Positions 1 to 12,859 of a stretch of 64,000 nucleotides of DNA are shown in pieces (positions within the stretch are counted from its first letter, which is position 1; each line of letters opens with the position of its first letter). A program made the translations under genes and the position numbers. The notes beneath the pieces were generated by a model. The model saw only the letters and a program-made list of their open reading frames with translations. It searched no databases and was not told where the DNA came from. Source of the stretch: Lophium mytilinum (taxonomy: Eukaryota). The stretch lies in assembly GCA_010093605.1 (NCBI GenBank), contig MU004181.1:1364001-1428000 (forward strand), read 5' to 3'.

Positions 1-396
1 TTGAATCAGAGATTTTGTATAGAGCTAGTATGGAGCGTCTCAAAGAGTTTGGATGACACAATTGAGAAAGCTGTACCTGGAGCTTATCCTCGATCTCGGC
101 GACGCTCAACGATGCCACAGAAACATCTTTACTTTCGAAAATGTGAGCGTACGTCTGGCACACGAGGAGCAGTGCAATAACTGCACAAAGCAGCAGTGAT
201 ATGCGGGAGGGCATTGTTGCGGATATATGAGGTGCAGATGAGACGAGCAATGCCTTCAGGGGCACGAGGGGTGGTGCAGTGGGGCCTGACGTCCACCGCA
301 AGGCTGTGCCAAGATTTCGCGGGCCTCGATTTTTGCACATTTAAATCCGACCCCGGATTTGCTGTTTCTCTCCGCCACAACGTTTTTACCGCAATC

Positions 397-1150
397 ATGG
401 GCCGCGAACTCCAAAAGAAGAAGAACAAGTCTTCAATCTCCAAAGTCAAGAAGAAGCCAAAGTCGAAGAAGAAGGTCCTCCACAACCCCATCATCGCCGC
501 AAACTGGTTCGTCCATTCCATACCTCCGACAAAACACCTAAAAACCTTTAACACCCCCCAGGAACTCCCATGAAACTCTCAATCAGAACTACCGCCGGCT
601 AGGCCTCACAGCCCGCCTCAACCACGCCGCCGGCGGCGCCGATAACATACATAAACCCACGTCCTCCGAATTGACCTCGACTTCCTCAAAAGCCGCCGCG
701 CCCCCATCCGACTCCCTACGCATGCCAGCGCCTTTAGCCAAGACCCTCACACCCCAAGATGCGCGCGTAGAGCGGGATCCCAAGACGGGCGCGATCCTGC
801 GCGTCCTCGACGACCCCACCGCCCCGCGCAGGCCTAACCCGCTGAACGACCCGCTGAACGAGCTCGAGGAGGAGAACGAGGAGGAGGAGTGGAGCGGCTT
901 CGCGCACGTGGCGTCTTCGGTTCCGGCGACTACGAGCGTGGTGCAGCAGCTTGAGGAAGCGGCGGCGAATGGACTGCGCAAGACGCCGCGGAAGCAGAGT
1001 ACTAGGGAGGAGGACTGGGTGGAGCGGTTAGTGGCGCGGCATGGGGACAATTATGCGGCTATGTTTAGGGATGGGAAGTTGAATCCCATGCAGCAGAGTG
1101 AGGGTGATATTAGGAAGAGGGTGAAGAAGTGGAGTGAGAAGCATGCGTGA
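397..1150 (+). CDS. NOP16: Ribosome biogenesis protein Nop16 (2 exons: 397-506, 562-1150)
   Basis: MGRELQKKKNKSSISK...NPIIAANW, intron 507-561 (GTTCGT..CAG), then NSHETLNQNYRRLGL. C-terminal REEDWVERLVARHGDNYAAMFRDGKLNPMQQSEGDIRKR matches the Nop16 family. Confidence 0.9.
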
Positions 1151-1723
1151 GGGAGTGGGGAGGAAGTGTGCTGTGTTCGGATACCCTTCTTTGAGGCTAT
1201 GTGAGGGAGGGTAGGCTACAGTGATGGGCGTTAGGCGTAATGATGGTCAAAGACTATGTAACAGATAGCTACCTGGAGATATACCTCTCGCGAGGAGAAG
1301 TTCCAGCACTTTCAAAGTAACAGACGTGCCTTCCACACTACATACACCTTCATTGCTTGTAGTGCCTCATTGTGTAGAAGGCAACTCGGGTCTAGTCCGC
1401 ATACACCTATTCGTCATTGCCTGACGCAACCCGGCAAGGAATCAGGTGTGTCAAAAGAATGAAAGTTTATTCACGTCAAAATTGACGCAGATGTCTCGAT
1501 TCACTTCAAACGATGCCGATATGGTGTCAGCAATCAAGGAGACAAGTAGAGCAGAAGTAACAGATCAGTACAATAGATATGCTGATTTATATACCAAGTT
1601 CGTCATTCTTACAATACATAACGCTAATTCATACAGATAATTACGAAGGAGTGGTCTAGTAGACATCGCAACCAAGGATTCAAAGCCGAAGCCGATCACT
1701 CGGCCACCATACCTATCCCCGCT

Positions 1724-3657
1724 TTAGTGCAACGGCGCACTCTCAAGCTCCTTATCACTCGCATCGTGCGAACCGTTCGAGGGGCTCACATGTGCGTTCT
1801 GCGGCGCCGTCAACTGAGCGCTCCTCTCCGGGTTTGTCGCCTCAATATCCCGCCTTGTCTTCTCGTCCATGAGCTCCAGAGGTGGTACTTCCCACTTGCT
1901 GCTCTGCCATGGCTTGACGCCCATAAGATACATGGTGTCGATCTCTTCGAGGGTTCTTCCTTGGCCTTCAATGACGAAGAAGTAGATGCCAATGCCAGCG
2001 ACGATGTTGCAAGCTGCAAACACGTAGCCGTAGCGGAAGTCGATGTCGCCAGTGATGAACGGCGTGAAGAACGCGAGCATGAAATTCCAGAACCAATTCG
2101 AGGCTGTTGAGAGTGCCATACCCTTCGCGCGGTAGCGGCTTGGGTAGAGCTCGCCACAAATGGTCCAGATCATGGGGCCCCAAGTGGTTGCAAAGCCGAA
2201 GATGAAGAAACAAGCGAAGATGATCATAGCCTTGGACGCTTTAGGGGTGTTGGTCGGGGTGTCACGGTCCAAGCTGAAGTGGCCGACAGAGGCGAAGATC
2301 ATGAAGCAAATGAACATCCAGGCGGACCCGGCCATCAATGACTTGCGGCGGCCGTAGTGTTCGACGATGTATAAGCCGTAAAAGGTGACGCCGAAGTTAA
2401 TGCCGTTGAGGATCATTTGTGTGACGAATGAGTTGTTGATTCCGGTGCCTTTGAAGACAGTTACCCCGTAGTAGAAGAAGTAATTGGCTGGTGTGCATTA
2501 GCGCTTGTCAATTTATATCCAGATTTGTTGAACATACCGCCAGTGAGTTGCTGGAACATTTGTAGAAGCATGCCAAGCACGATTCGGTAAAACATCTTTG
2601 GTGCATAGAACATGCTGTACCATTCGTGGAATGAGGAGCCTTTCTGACTCTCTGCTTCGAGTTTGATGCGGATCTCGTCGAGCTCATGGTGTACGCTCCA
2701 ATGATTCTCGGGAACACCGTAGATGTGGGACATAGTGTGCTGTGCCTTTTCGGTCTTACCACGGCGGTAATCGTATCGAGGGGTATCCGGGAAGAATATG
2801 ATACCAACACCAAGGATTGCGGCAACAACAAAGGATAGACCCATGGTGATCATCCAAGAAGCCTTCTTTCCCGCTTGATGACGCTCTGCGGCGTAGTTGA
2901 AGACAGCTGCAAGGAAGATACCGAACGTTATCATCAATTGGTAGGCGCTTTGTGGGTGTTAGTATACTGCAATCGGATGAGTCTTGCGGAAAAGCTAACC
3001 TAATTAGAGCTCCACGAATGTGAGGAGGAGCAGTCTCGGCTTGATACATCGGAACAAGTAGGGACAGTGCTCCAACTCCGAGTCCGGCCACCCAACGGCC
3101 CATCATAATTTGGACCCTATCAATGGTTAGTTGCCATGTTTTTCTGATGGCCAAGATTGAAACATACCAGCTGTGTGTAGATGATATTTGGATTACCATG
3201 CCGATCGAGAAAATAAAACACCAGAATTGGATGGAAATCTTGCGACCAATCCTGTCTGCGATTGGAGCTGCAATCAAAGCGCCGAAAAGGGTACCGATGG
3301 AAAGCTTGCAAAGTCAGTAAGATCCATATCAAGGCTGAATGTATCTGAACTCACCAAACCGACAACGAGACCTGCGCGGACGTTGCTGAAGTATGCAGTA
3401 CCGTCGTCATGGCGTTGACCAAAGCGATCAAGAAAGTCTGTCATCCCAAGGAAACCGCTGATTTGACCCGTGTCGTAACCAAAAATGAAGCCACCCATTG
3501 ACACCAGGACGCCCATATTGAACGAAGCCCATGTCAGGCGTGGTAGTGGACTATCATCGTAGCCTTCGTGTTTCTCGATGTGTCGTGTTTCGCCATTGTG
3601 GTCAACGGCATTATTGTGACGAGCTTTCCAGCCCGTCATAGGATTTGAGATCTTCAT
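1724..3657 (-). CDS. MFS sugar porter / hexose transporter (multi-exon)
   Basis: Sugar-porter signatures across spliced ORFs: GGFIFGYDTGQISG, ADRIGRK, VPMYQAETAPPHIRG, PDTPRY, QQLTG, VEHYGRR, GELYPSRYR, EGQGRTLEEID. Several short GT..AG introns. Confidence 0.93.
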
Positions 3658-3720
3658 GTGTGTTTATCAAATATAATGTGATGTGATGAGGAAACAAGCC
3701 AAGTCCAGCGGCTACGATGC

Positions 3721-4805
3721 ATTTTATATAAAATACGGCTGATCCGGCCGAGGCCCAGCGATGACACGAGAGGAATACTACCCCGCGAAGACCTCCACCG
3801 CCACGAGATCTCAAAGCGCGGTGTAGCCGGATTGGATAGAATCCAGCAAGTCACGGTGCGCGAGCGGAAGATGCGGGTCGAATATTTTGTGAATAAGCTG
3901 TCCGAGTGATCACGCGGTGGCGGGTCCATCGCCGAAAGGCCTTAAGCCCAGCACCGGGGCCGAGGGTCCGCAGAATAATCTTAAAAAGCAGGTCTTGTCA
4001 ACAAAGGCGTTCCCTTGTTCCTGTATACGTACAGTAGTAGAGCAGTAGGGCGCCTTTCCGAAGGGCGCTGCTTCGAAGGTCCATACGCGACGAACACTGC
4101 TCGGAGTAAACTCCATCTGAAATAGGTGAACGTTTCTGACGATCTCGATACACAAGATCTGCAGTGGTACATAAATCTGGTGAGGTGATACGTTAACGTG
4201 CCCTGTATACGCTAGGAGCCCAAGGCGTGAGTCTCTTCTCCCGAGCCCCCGGTTTGTATCACGCGCGAACAACGACTCCACAGGTCAGTTACATCGCCCC
4301 ATCGTCAGCTTCGTGTCCAAAGCCGGATATGCGGAATGTGAGAGAAAGAATTAAATAATGAAACTTGACTAATATGAAGTATGAGGTGACAAGGTCTTGA
4401 CGAATATACCGCAAAGCAATTTCTTAGCTCTGCATTACCACGTCAAGTTTCCTCAGTTCTTTCATGAAACCATCGTGAACGATCGAAAGATTGATGTGGA
4501 GAAGTAAGAAAACTACGTCATTGATCATGTTGAGGCGTTCGTTGATAGGGTGGCGTTCATGAGGTGATGTTCCATTGGAGCTTCCAGGGCCACGTATTCC
4601 GGTGACATCCGCGACAGAGGGTCGGGGACTCTTCAGGAAGGTACAGCATAGTAATCCGGGGTGCCGGAGACGTTCGGTCAGCGAATGTCAAAAGGCATCA
4701 AAAGAGACGGCCTGCCTTTCGGCGCAGAAAGTAGAACAAGTCTGTGGACCCTGAAGTCTTGCAAGATTTAGGGATTTCCCTGACTAGGTCCAACAAAGCC
4801 CCACA
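3721..4805 (-). promoter_or_regulatory. Hexose transporter promoter: TATA box plus clustered CreA/Mig1-type SYGGRG motifs
   Basis: TTTTATATAAAA at ~3722-3733, about 65 bp upstream of the ATG at 3657. SYGGRG matches on either strand at 3781, 3793, 3954, 4247, ~4496, ~4655, ~4663 and ~4799. Confidence 0.5.
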
Positions 4806-5525
4806 AAACGGTGCTAAGTCGGCGACATTATTTCGTCCAAGATGGACCACTTTATAGCTTTTCTAGATTGAGTTCATATTCGAACACTGCTGGAATGATA
4901 TGCCGAGAGGGTGTATAATGAAGACATTTGATGGATTTTGAGAGCGTTGGGAGTCAACCGGAATGGAAAAACATGAGATCCGCGCTAACCCCATGCGATA
5001 TCTCACGTGCTTTCGGAGTATATTCCTCGAGGTCGCTTTCGATTCCTCAGAATTAATAAAAGATGCAACTGACATTTTCTCATTGTTTCCTTCCAAGAGA
5101 CTAGCGGCCCGCAGGTATCAACCATATTGTAAGCATTAATATGGTGAATGGGGTTGACTACCTCAAAAACCTTCACCTCCAAGCAGTAGATCCGTACTAA
5201 AGTCAGCTATTGTAAGTCTTAATGCACTCAAGACATCCGGGCAAACTACACATTCAGCAGAGATGGGTGAATGCATTCTCAACCACCCTTCTTGTTTAAC
5301 GGCGCTCAAACGCATCGCGAGTCTAGACCAGTCTCGCTGACTCACTAAATACGACCGAAGGGATGGAAAGCTAGATTTGATGAATTTAAACAAAATGCCG
5401 CTCTGGTCCCGTGTTGCGATGTCTTAGTGACTTATCTAAATCCCACGACATTGTCAAGGAGAAAAACAAAGACGCCATCCTGAACTCTTTCAAACCACCA
5501 GACTCCCAAATCATATCAATATAGA

Positions 5526-6548
5526 ATGGTCGTAGTCGCAGTCGCCGGTGGATCCTCCCCCGCAGTCGGCCGCTCAATCCTCCAAGCCCTAAAAGCCCAT
5601 CCCAAACACACACCATTCGTCCTCACGCGACTCTCCTCTGCAACTCCGCAATGGCTCCAAGACCTAGAAATCGAGGTGCGGAGGGTAGACTACCAATCCG
5701 AAAAATCATTGCTCTCTGCCCTGACTGGCGTTCACACTGTATGCCCTTTATGCTTCATCCAAGTCAGCGATGTCCCAAGACTTGAGCGACTGAACCCCAA
5801 CTAGCTCATCTGCACCCTCCTCGCCAAGGACGGCACCTGGGCCAGCACACAGATAGCACTGCTTCATGCCGGCCTTGAAGCAGGCATCTCGCGCTTCGCG
5901 CCGGCTGAGTTCGGCTGCGGACCTCTGGCTTCTCCTCACATTGGCTTTCTCGCGCCGTCAGCTGAGGTTCTTGAAGCGTGCCGTGAGGCGAAGAAGCGGC
6001 ATCCACAGTTTGAGTGGGCGGGTTTTCATGTCGGGCTGTTCATGAACTACCTGGGGTATGGTGCGCCGGACGAGGCTAAAGCGTTGGCTGGGAAGGAGAA
6101 TGATGGGACTTTTATATTTGACGTAGAAAACTTGACGGCTGATATACCGCTAACGGCTACTGGGGAAATTCCACGGATGAGCCTGACGGAGATAGGAGAT
6201 GTAGGCCGGTTTGTTGCTGCTGCTTGCGATCTACCGGTCGGCGAATGGAAAGAGGAATTTGGGGCTGTCGGGGAGACTCTGAGGATGAATGAGATTGTAA
6301 AACTTGTGGAACGGGTAAGGGGTCGGACGATGCAAGTGAGGTATTGGAAGCTTGAGGAGATCAACAAAGATCTTTGGAAGGTCGAAAAGGGGGACTATCT
6401 GAAAGAATTCTGGCTCGAGATGGCGACTCGGTATGCAAGAGATGCAGAGGGCGAAGGCATCATTGTCCCTGTCTTGAATGATTTGTGCCCGCAGGTTAAG
6501 CCGATTGGCGTGGAAGAGTACCTGTCGAGATTTTGGGTACCATTGTGA
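5526..6548 (+). CDS. NmrA-like / isoflavone-reductase-like NAD(P)-binding protein (exons 5526-5738, 5805-6548)
   Basis: Rossmann start VAVAGGSSPAVGRSIL; RRVDYQSEKSLLSALTGVHT; after the intron GISRFAPAEFG, GLFMNYLG and LTEIGDVGRFVAAA. Confidence 0.88.
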
Positions 6549-6800
6549 AGCTGACCTAGATTGTCGATGTTGAGATGGCGAAGAATTCTTTTAACAATGA
6601 GCAAGTCTTTAAGCAAAACCTGCGCAATGTTAAACAACTCTTACAATGCTGAGACCGGCTTCATAAATACCTCCTAGCTGGCTCTAGAAAAAAAGTATCG
6701 CAGCCTTTCGATTCCCTTGTCAACTCCAAGTCAAGTCATAGAAAACAAAATCCTGAACACACAAGAATTTTCCACTGCCCACGGAGACAATCAGTCGAAT

Positions 6801-7400
6801 ATGACTTTCCAAAAAGTACAACGCCATACTCATCGCATGGATTGCGGGCACACCATCAACACGAAGATCGCTGATCTCCCATGCGGCACGAATTGCAGGT
6901 GTCCAGGCTCGGAAGAAGCTGGAGACCGACCATTCCTATGTACAGCCTGCCTAGAAACAGAGTATCTTACCGGGTACTTTGCAATCCGAGCTAGGTTTCG
7001 CCTTGAGTATCCAACCTCTGTATGGCCGATAATTGACGAGATCAAGGTTGGAGCAATCCTGCGCCTTTGCGCGCAACTAGAACAGGTCATCCTACACCGC
7101 GTTCCGGGATTACGTGAGGGTGTCGGAGACATTGGCACGTTCTTAGCCCAGTTACTGACTGAGGATCACTTAGCCCAATTACTGACTAAGGATCAGCATG
7201 TCGAAGAACCTACATCAGGTGAACCCGAGAATGAGCGCAGTGCTTCTCATGAGCCTGAATATGAACGCTACGAGGTCTGGATCACGGAGTATCTCGAATG
7301 GGTCGAGGCTGTTGTCGAGGGTAGAAATATCGACCCTGACCTCGAAGAACTGATTATTGAACTGGCCACGGAGGTCGAGCAGGCGAACTCTCGAACTTAG
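6801..7400 (+). CDS. Hypothetical protein with N-terminal Cys/His cluster and acidic C-terminus
   Basis: Single-exon ORF from ATG 6801: HTHRMDCGH-x10-PCGTNCRC-x10-FLCTAC. No family recognised. Confidence 0.55.
   Translation: MTFQKVQRHTHRMDCGHTINTKIADLPCGTNCRCPGSEEAGDRPFLCTACLETEYLTGYFAIRARFRLEYPTSVWPIIDEIKVGAILRLCAQLEQVILHRVPGLREGVGDIGTFLAQLLTEDHLAQLLTKDQHVEEPTSGEPENERSASHEPEYERYEVWITEYLEWVEAVVEGRNIDPDLEELIIELATEVEQANSRT
7142..7195 (+). repeat. 27-bp tandem duplication inside the coding sequence (LAQLLTEDH / LAQLLTKDQ)
   Basis: cttagcccagttactgactgaggatca followed by cttagcccaattactgactaaggatca; 2 mismatches. Confidence 0.9.
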
Positions 7401-7868
7401 ATCCCGTGAACGCTGCAAAGAAGCTCGTTGTCTTTGTAGGGTTGATCAGCCATGACTGAGGCAACAAGAAATAGCTAGAACAATCAAATCCGGCGATCCA
7501 TCATGATGCACGAGGTCGCTGATCACACTCTCCCCTATCCCGTGTTCCTTATTGGCGTACTGTGCATGCAAAAATATTGATATTGAAATGACGTATTCAA
7601 GCCGTACTTCTGATTGGGCAGCAATGACCTGTCAGAAAGGCTACCTAGAACTTTACCAAAGCGCCAACCGGCCCAGCACCTATATACAGCCGTAAAACTA
7701 GTATTTCACCGTGTCTAAAAACACTAGTAGTAAATATAAGAAATATGAAGGTATTCCAAGTCTATGCAAACGCCCGTATAAGAAGAATTACGCGAAACTG
7801 ACCTAAAATCTTACTTTCTCAAAAATTGTAGTATTATGAGCGAAAATATATTAGCCGAATCGATACGA

Positions 7869-10444
7869 TTATTCCTCCTCGTTAGCCTTCTTATCGATCT
7901 GTGTTTGTACATCCAGTCCTCTGAGTCTTCGGGCCAGCAGTCCTGCACCGGACATAGCGGTGCTGTCTGAGCTAATCGTACCACGAAAGGCATTACCGCC
8001 ATACCCGACATCCCCTCGCCTCAGCTTGTCATAAGTCTCGAAAGTAGATCCAATCGGGCTCCCAAGTCCAGAAATAGGAGACTGGGGACTCCCAGCAATG
8101 TTTGAAGTTGTCGCAGTACTCGGATAGGAGCGCAATGGACTATCGTCCAAATCCATCCGATCTCGGCTAACGGGCCTAGAGTCGACAGCAGCGAGGCGAG
8201 TGGTTTTGAGTGGCTTTGGACCTATGGATGAGATAGGAGTACAATAGCCTCCTGATGTTATGTTACCAGCCCCCGTGAACTGGCAGGCTGGTGCAGGTAA
8301 CGGCGGGTGCAGGCCGATGCCATCTAATCGGTCGTATCCATGCTGCGATAGTGATATTCCAGCGCTTCGCCGCCGAAAAGCCTTATCCGCGGTCAGTTGG
8401 CTCGCAGCCGACGATGGCGTATGCAGTGGCATGCTGTCACGACTCGGTTTATAAGTGCTATAGCGTGGCTCGGGAAGCTGGATCTCATTCCGTAGCTTTT
8501 CCTTTCCATCGGGAACTCTGTTGGCAAATACAACCCTGATTGCTTTGTACAAGAAGTAGCGTCCCTTTGAAGGACACGAAATATGCAGGTGGATGAGATA
8601 TCGCAGAATTGGACGGTCGTTCGGGTCGTCGGAATTGCTAAGCGCTGCTTCGGGACAATCCGTACCCAAGTTCTTTCGAGATGAAAGTGGCATGTCGATG
8701 ATGGGACCAGCGGAGTAGCTGCGCTGACGGATGAAGGTCTTCTGACCAGGCTCCATATCCGAGAGATCATATGGAACGAGGAAAAGCTTTACTGCTGTCT
8801 TATTGGGATTCTTGATGACAATTTGAAGTTGGCCTTGCTGTGGGATACGATAGCTGCCACCAGGAGGTGATTTTGGGGACGCTGATCTCCTCATCATCTT
8901 CTCCAATTTTCGGATGCTGGGTTTAGTATGTGATGCGACTGTTTCATCGCAGGGGCTGGCAGGAAGATCCAACTCATCATGGCTTGGATTGGGGACAGTA
9001 TGCCGGCGTCTCCTTCGAAGTCCGTCACCACTATCGTCCGGTGTCGGGAGTGAGTGCTCTAAGTCAATGAGCCCCACGTATGGACTTGGAGAGTCATCGG
9101 CTATTCTACCATTTCCACTATTGTAGCTGTAGAACACAGCCGGGAACGGGACAGTGACATGAGCTGGACAGCGGAGGTTTGATTTGCAGTTCCCCTTCCC
9201 CAGTACACCTATTTTCGCGACGAAATCCAATGGCCGAGAGGGGGTCGTAGACATCCTTCCCCTGAGAATGGATTCCTCGTATGAACCGACCATGGGTGCA
9301 TGCTGAAGAGGCGAAGCATCTGATGAGATAGAAGGCCGTCGGGCTTGTATGAGTGGCGTCTGTGGAGTGGAGTGAGAATGAATCTGGCTCATCGAAGTCA
9401 TAGACCGGCGCGGTTGGTGAGCTTGGTAGGGGAAAGTTGCTTCTTTCCGGCATGTTGAGAAGTGCCGTCCTGCAGGTGTTCCAGAGGTTGCTCGTTCCAG
9501 AGAAGACGATTGAAACGTCTGGAAAGATTGTGGGGAAAACGTGTGTCTCCTGTTGTTCCTCTCCGGGCTTCTAGAGCCTTGTCGTGAAAGAGGTCTTGAA
9601 GAGTCCAAGTCTGTATTGTTAGATTGCTGCACCAATGGGCTTGTTGGCGGCATAAGAATGAACGGGGATGGATAGGTTGTATGAGACGCAGCCCTCGATC
9701 TCACACCTGGCCGGCTGTCATGCTTTGGAAAGGCTCTGGGGGTAAATTGCGGGTCGGTCCGTGTAGACGGATATGCGGAAGACGGGAAGGAATGATGCCA
9801 CGGGGCTACCGGAGACGTAGCCATAGACGTGTTTGTAGAGCCTTTGTAGGAAGTCGTTTCGTCATCTTGCCTGAAATCCCCAGAATGTAGGGCTGATTTA
9901 GGACGTTCGATCTCAATCCCAACAGAGGCATGATCGTACAGTGGATCAGGGGTGCTTCTCCGCGACCCCCTCAACTCTGCTGCTGGCAGCAAAGGCGTTG
10001 TTGATCTTTCTCGTGGTCTAGGTGCCGCTTCAAAGCTCTGCTCCCGGGATGAACGTCTTCCATTCTACGTCACTATCGTCAGGTGCTATTCGAGGTAGGG
10101 TGGGCTTGCCATTGCCAGTCCGAATAAGATGAATGGCTGTAAAAACTCACTATATGATGGCCCGGCCACGATGGGCTATTGCCTCTCTTTATCCTCTCTA
10201 TCAGCTCCACTCTCCGCAGCATTGACGGTATGGCGTCATTAGCATCAGGACCAGGACCAAGCACATCTGAGCGAGATGAGGGACTCGTAGCATTCTCCAG
10301 TAGCGTCTTCTCGAATATATCCGCTCTTAAAGCTATCGCCGGGTCATTTGTCCCCTGAAGGCCAGTTCTAGGGGAAGCGGTGGGCCGGGAGCTTAGAGCA
10401 TTGGGCGGCGAATCGTCCAGATCATGGAATATCGGCATGGTCAA
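7869..10444 (-). CDS. FAM214/Atos-like protein (DUF4210 plus C-terminal chromosome-segregation domain); intron 10065-10150
   Basis: MVGSYEESILRGRMS, CPAHVTVPFPAVFY, SPYVGLIDL, YRIPQQGQLQIVIKNPNKTAVKLFLVPYDLSDM, TFIRQR, LRYLIHL and IRVVF. A GTGAGT..CTGAC..TAG intron joins the two ORFs in frame. Confidence 0.88.
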
Positions 10445-10684
10445 AACCGGAGCTCTTCTTGGGTCGCATGAATACGGCTTCTGAGGGTGTGGGCAAGCTC
10501 CAGGAGGGCAGGAAGCGTCTGGGTGGTGTCGTGGCGAAAGGGGAGGTCGACATGAGGTTCGAAGGTTGACTCCGCTCTCGTCTCATGTCAGGTGCATGTC
10601 GGTCTGTGCTGGCAGGACCAGCTCCACCTTCAAAGAATCACCAATCCACGACTTTGTCCACACCGCCCCCGCATACCGCCCACA

Positions 10685-11370
10685 ATGGCCGCAAAACGTC
10701 CACGAGACGATGAAGATGCGCGAGCATCAAAGAAACACAAGAAGGGCTTCTCCGTCGGGCCTGCGAATCTCCCAGATGGGGTACACAAGCGCAAAGGTAA
10801 TTATCGCCCACCAAGCGCCTGCGGTCTTTCGTCCGTCAAAGCCACCCTGCTTATACAGTTTGTTCGACAGTCCAAAAGATCAAGCGGGAGATCATCCACA
10901 AGTCCAAGATCAAGAAAGACTATGCGAAGCTGAAAGCACGGGAGCAAGCGGCCGACCCGCCACGCTCCGTCTACGAAAAGTTCGACGACGGCGAACAGGT
11001 CGAAGTCGCAGAACCAACTGTAGAACCCACCCTTGAGCCTCACCCGGACCGTCAAGTCCTGCTCGACAGAACCTCGCCAGAGCCCACGCAGCCGCCCGAG
11101 CGACCGCAATCACGCACGCCAAGGAAACGACCACGTCCACAACCTTTCAGTCGGGAGGCTGAACAGGCCGAGAAGCGCAGAGCAGAGGCGGAGGCACGGT
11201 TGAAAGCGCGAGAGGAGGCAGAGAAACAACGAGAACAGAAGCTGGCCGAGCGGGAGCGGTATCGAAAGGCGATGGACAAGGCGAGGACGGGAGGGCGCAA
11301 TGGGCAAAGGAAGCTTGGCCGCGAAAGCAAAGTCCTCCTGGAAAAGGTCAAACGGCTTGTATCAAGCTGA
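10685..11370 (+). CDS. FYV7: rRNA-processing protein Fyv7-like (intron 10797-10870)
   Basis: MAAKRPRDDED...KKHKKGFSVGPANLPDGVHKRK, intron, VQKIKREIIHKSKIKKDYAKLK ... GRNGQRKLGRESKVLLEKVKRLVSS*. Confidence 0.78.
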
Positions 11371-12673
11371 TGGTGATGTGTTTCCTTGCGTGTTGGGAAA
11401 ACTTGCATTTGCTACATGGATTGGCACAACGACTGGAATGATACCCGGACAAAAATGGCGGTGAATTGGATTTGAGCCTTCACACCGACTATCTGCATCG
11501 TGGGCTTGATCAAGCGCGTACCTGTTTCGAAACACGTGTCTGTACGGCTACTCACGGCGACCATCGTCCTGACTATTGATTCCCGCGTTTAGCGTAATGG
11601 CGACAGAACGGCGACAGCACGGTGCTGAAACGGAGTGGGACTCGACTCTATGCTACGGTGGGAGCGATTACGAAATCCCTCGTCTCGATGCGTAAGTCCA
11701 GCTCTATCAAATCATGGAGTCAGTGCACACGAGACGGGATCACTCAGAGGGGTGCTTCGGCACTGCCAGAAAGCCTGTATCTGGCTGTTGCAATAGTCGA
11801 TAAATATTCATGCAGAGAAGACAACCTTCTGGGCGGCTGTGAGCGAATACCTGAGGGAACTGGAGATATTCGCCATCCATCACATGCACAAACAGATTTA
11901 GTCAACATCACGTGCGCGCGATTTCAATCTCCGCTGTGTCGCAGCCGGCCAAGACTGAGTCAGGCTCTGCGAATGAAAGGCGCCGCTGAGAGCCGTACCG
12001 AAGCGCACTCGGGACACAAGCCGTGCCCTCAGGTGGATTTCGGGTCACGCCAAGCAGAGTTTTCAGGCCGAGACCCTGGCGGGACGGGAGCCGTCTCGCC
12101 ACATGGTGCACCTGGATGGCTGCGAGCCATCATTGGTGATCTAATTAAAACTATATTTTCAGCCTCGTGTACCGTAGCCAGACAAGGATGACGTCTAGTG
12201 CTAAGACGAAGACTCCAACGGCAAGGCGGGAGCAGCTGTGGCAGCTTCTGGACGCCGAAACCCGATTAAAAATCTCTTCCCACGTCGCGATTGGCTGCAC
12301 GCCATCCATGCGCCTCAATAATTTTTATGCGACATTCGAAAGGGCGCAGATGATGCCAGCAGTGTACGGAATGGTCGAATTTTATGACACACGATGGAAC
12401 ACTATGACACACTTCACGAAGATTCTAATGCGAGAATGACTGCTCTGACTACCACGAAAACTTCTTCACGAGAGGTATAAGAGGCCACCAGCTTTCCGTC
12501 CAGTACTCATCATCACAACATCAAGCATCACATCAACAGCCAACAGCCTCTTTCAATCATCACCTGAACCAACCAACAGCTCGATATACATCACATCAAG
12601 CTCATCTTCCGATCTTCAAAGCACTCAAGCCTTCTACTCAATACCACTTCCAAACCTCACAACCGACTTCAAA

Positions 12674-12859
12674 ATGGTTGCCACCAACAACACCTCATTT
12701 GAGACCGTTCGCGCCTCCAGCGTCCCCAAGGCCGGCAACAGCTCCATGAAGAAGGCTTTCAGCTCTGTCGCCAAGCACCTGAAGGAGCACCACCAGGGCG
12801 TCAACCAAGCCTTCGTCTCCTACTACGGCCTCGGAGGACAGGTGCAACACCAGAACTAA
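12674..12859 (+). CDS. Small 61-aa protein of unknown function
   Basis: TATAAG at 12476, long C/A-rich leader, strong start context (CAAAATGG) and strongly C/G-ending codons. Motif KHLKEHHQGVNQAFVSYYG. Confidence 0.72.
   Translation: MVATNNTSFETVRASSVPKAGNSSMKKAFSSVAKHLKEHHQGVNQAFVSYYGLGGQVQHQN

Noticed and set aside
11622..12439. 189-aa and 90-aa ORFs upstream of the microprotein
   Set aside because: Non-ATG starts, no domain-like features or splice support; more likely promoter DNA.
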